IMG/VR virus record: IMGVR_UViG_3300028293_000010
Location: 1 to 47,050 of that record
From: a virus
Taxonomy: Duplodnaviria; Caudoviricetes
DNA length: 47,050 nt
Strand: one strand, 5' to 3'
In this document: positions 44,867 to 47,050 of the stretch, one piece after another
How the letters are laid out: every line of letters starts with the position of its first letter
Position numbering within the stretch: position 1 is the stretch's first letter
Notes under the pieces: model-generated
What the model was told of the DNA's origin: nothing
What the model saw: the letters and a program-made list of their open reading frames with translations, nothing else
Databases searched by the model: none
Position numbers and translations under genes: made by a program

Positions 44867-45537
44867 CCCCCTTGCCGTGGTCCTTCTCTGCATTGTCGGA
44901 CTTCCTCAATTGTCCGCGTGCCTTCTTCCACAAGCGCATCGCCAAGGATGTAGTTGAGCAGCCGAATGAGGCGGGGCTGTGGGGCGATTACGTACATAAG
45001 GAATTGGACAAGTATCTCAAATCGGATGGTACCTATGAGTTGCCTAGTAACGTGGTTCAGTATCAACGCCACGCCGACCAGTTCCTTGGTCAGCCCGGTC
45101 GCATGCTCTCCGAATGCAAGTACGCAATCAATCGGGAACTGCAACCCTGTGATTTCTTTGCGTCGGATGTGTGGTGCCGGTGCATCATCGACGTGCTGGT
45201 ACTGGAACCACCATTCGCCCTCGCCACTGATCATAAGACGGGCAAGCGCAAGCGTGACAGTACGCAGCTGAAGCTGTGCGCGCTGATGGTGTTCGCCCAC
45301 CACCCCGAGGTGCAGACGTGCCTCACCCGCTTCGACTGGCTGAACGAGAAGGCGCAGGACAAGGAAGTGTTCCAGCGGGAGGATGAAACGCTCCTGTGGT
45401 CAACGTTTGTGCCCAGCTTGACCCAGTACGTGCATGCGTTCAAGACCGAGGAGTTCCCGCCGCGACCGTCGGGACTGTGCGGCTGGTGCCCAGTAACCGA
45501 GTGTGAGTTCTGGCGACCGCGACCGAAGGGGCGATAG
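44863..45537 (+). CDS. PD-(D/E)XK (RecB/Cas4-like) exonuclease
   Basis: WSFSAL..F..CPR, G..VH, IIDVL, DHKTGK, QL, C-terminal LCGWCPV..C. Confidence 0.85.
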   Translation: MTPLPWSFSALSDFLNCPRAFFHKRIAKDVVEQPNEAGLWGDYVHKELDKYLKSDGTYELPSNVVQYQRHADQFLGQPGRMLSECKYAINRELQPCDFFASDVWCRCIIDVLVLEPPFALATDHKTGKRKRDSTQLKLCALMVFAHHPEVQTCLTRFDWLNEKAQDKEVFQREDETLLWSTFVPSLTQYVHAFKTEEFPPRPSGLCGWCPVTECEFWRPRPKGR

Positions 45538-45860
45538 TGACCCCCGAGGCCAAGGTCAAGCATGAGATCAAGAAGGTACTGGATCAACTAAGCCCGTACG
45601 TGTATTACCACATGCCCGTCCAAGGCATGAGCATGGGCAAACCAACCCTTGATTTTGTTGGTTGCTGCTGCGGGCAATTCTTCGCTATCGAAGCCAAGGC
45701 ACCGGGGAAGAAGCCGACACCCCGTCAGCGGCTTATGATTGCAGAAATGACCCCTGCGGGAGCGCAGGTATTCATCATCGATGGCAACACATCGGGACTT
45801 AAAAAATGGTTGGCACTATTAGTGACGAAGGAATTATCAGGGAAGACATCCCCACCCTGA
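45537..45860 (+). CDS. VRR-NUC domain nuclease
   Basis: TPEAKVK..I, G.PTLDFVGC, FFAIEAKAPGKKPTPRQ. Confidence 0.85.
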   Translation: MTPEAKVKHEIKKVLDQLSPYVYYHMPVQGMSMGKPTLDFVGCCCGQFFAIEAKAPGKKPTPRQRLMIAEMTPAGAQVFIIDGNTSGLKKWLALLVTKELSGKTSPP

Positions 45861-46165
45861 CGTGGAAGGGTCTGCCGTATCGAGTCCAGATACTGGACAA
45901 CATGGTACTGCTCTACAGCATCAAGACCCACGAGCAGTACGTACAGACAGCAGATTCAGCTGACATCCACAGATTGAAAGTTATCAAGTCTGCACGGCTG
46001 GCGACTGCCGTGCTGCGTGCCGTGTTTGGCAAGTCGCTGATTACCGATCCCCTGACCCCCAACGAAAGAGAGGCAATGAACGTGTTCGAACGCGTCTATC
46101 AGAATACTGGTGATATACAGAAGGCCGACGATGCCTATGCCATAACCATGGAGCTATTGCGATGA
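45806..46165 (+). CDS. Hypothetical protein
   Basis: ~119 aa; start uncertain; stop overlaps the helicase start. Confidence 0.5.
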   Translation: MVGTISDEGIIREDIPTLTWKGLPYRVQILDNMVLLYSIKTHEQYVQTADSADIHRLKVIKSARLATAVLRAVFGKSLITDPLTPNEREAMNVFERVYQNTGDIQKADDAYAITMELLR

Positions 46166-47050
46166 TCATCGACGTACCAACCAAGAGCGTGTTACTCCGT
46201 ACTGCGCAGGCGCGACGGCTGCACAACCTGCTGCCACATCATGCCAAGCTGGTGGACTACGAGGGGCACAACATCGCCTTTCGCTACTCACTGGATACCA
46301 TGAAGATCCTGCGTAACATCGGCTTCAAGGTGCCGTCGCCGATCCGCCACTTCTACGACTGGCCGGGGAGATATACGCCCATGGCCCACCAGATCGACAC
46401 CAGCGAGTTCCTGACCTTCACCCGGCGCGGGTTCGTGCTGAGTGAGATGGGAACAGCGAAGACCGCCAGCGTGCTGTGGGCACTGGACTATCTAATGGAC
46501 ATGGGGCAAATAACACGCACGTTAGTGGTAGGCCCGATGTCCACGCTGGAGCAGGTGTGGTTGCATGAAGTGTTCAGCATCGTCATGGACCGCAAGGCCG
46601 TGGTGCTGAAGGGCGATGCGGAGCGCCGCCGCGAACTGCTGGCATCAAGGGCTGACATCTACATCATCAATTACGAGGGGCTACCGATCATTGCGGCTGA
46701 TGTGCAGAAGCGGGCTGACATCAACTTGATCGTGATCGATGAAGCTGCGGCCTACCGCAACAGCACCAATGACAGGTATAAGGTATTGCGTGAACTGGTG
46801 AAGGACACCAACACTATCGCCAAGTCTCGTCGCCTGTGGATGCTGACCGGCACGCCATGTCCCAACGCGCCGACCGATGCATGGGCACTGGCGCGGCTGG
46901 TAGACCCGCTCAAGGTGCCGACCTACTTCACCACCTTCAAGCGCGACACCATGATGCAGGTGTCAACCTACAAGTGGGTGCCACGTGTCGGCTCAGCGGA
47001 GAAGGCGTACGCAGTGATGCAGCCAGCGATCCGTTTCCGCAAAGCAGACT
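46162..47050 (+). CDS. SNF2-like superfamily 2 helicase (3'-truncated)
   Basis: Not in the track (runs off the end). Hand translation gives PMAHQ, EMGTAKT, VVGP.S, IINYEG, IVIDEAA, LTGTP..N.PTD.W. Confidence 0.88.
   Translation, partial: MIIDVPTKSVLLRTAQARRLHNLLPHHAKLVDYEGHNIAFRYSLDTMKILRNIGFKVPSPIRHFYDWPGRYTPMAHQIDTSEFLTFTRRGFVLSEMGTAKTASVLWALDYLMDMGQITRTLVVGPMSTLEQVWLHEVFSIVMDRKAVVLKGDAERRRELLASRADIYIINYEGLPIIAADVQKRADINLIVIDEAAAYRNSTNDRYKVLRELVKDTNTIAKSRRLWMLTGTPCPNAPTDAWALARLVDPLKVPTYFTTFKRDTMMQVSTYKWVPRVGSAEKAYAVMQPAIRFRKAD

Noticed and set aside
44863-45537. Cas4 as evidence of a CRISPR system
   Set aside because: Stand-alone Cas4/RecB-like exonucleases are routine in phage replication modules; no array or other cas genes are present
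27277-46226. Minus-strand ORFs in the right arm (e.g. 28679-29491, 34408-35565, 36329-37615)
   Set aside because: Antisense to well-supported plus-strand genes

Overview
The window is most of a GC-rich tailed dsDNA phage genome with podovirus-like virion genes and two divergent arms. The left arm (minus strand, ~25100 to 1) is morphogenesis. It runs from tail-fibre/beta-repeat virion genes through small and large terminase, portal, scaffold, an N4-gp56-type major capsid protein and a head-tail adaptor to two putative ejected internal proteins. The last of these is a >2035-aa PLxRFG-like giant that runs off the window and is absent from the ORF track. The right arm (plus strand, 25500 to 47050) holds many small early genes, a HAD 3'-phosphatase, a MoxR-like AAA ATPase with a metallopeptidase-vWA partner, a family A DNA polymerase, HNH, PLD-like, PD-(D/E)XK and VRR-NUC nucleases, and a SNF2-like helicase. 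The most striking unexplained feature is a ~600-660 nt ORF-poor, densely nested base-paired segment (27969-28649). It follows a perfect sigma70 promoter with an rrn-like boxA leader and is closed by a 22-bp inverted repeat, so it is a candidate large phage ncRNA. That repeat belongs to a 7-copy palindrome family (GTGTAGGCATGCCTACAC) confined to the early region. A small gene with its own RBS also appears overprinted inside the giant virion gene. All family calls come from motif recognition by eye; no database searches or folding programs were run.
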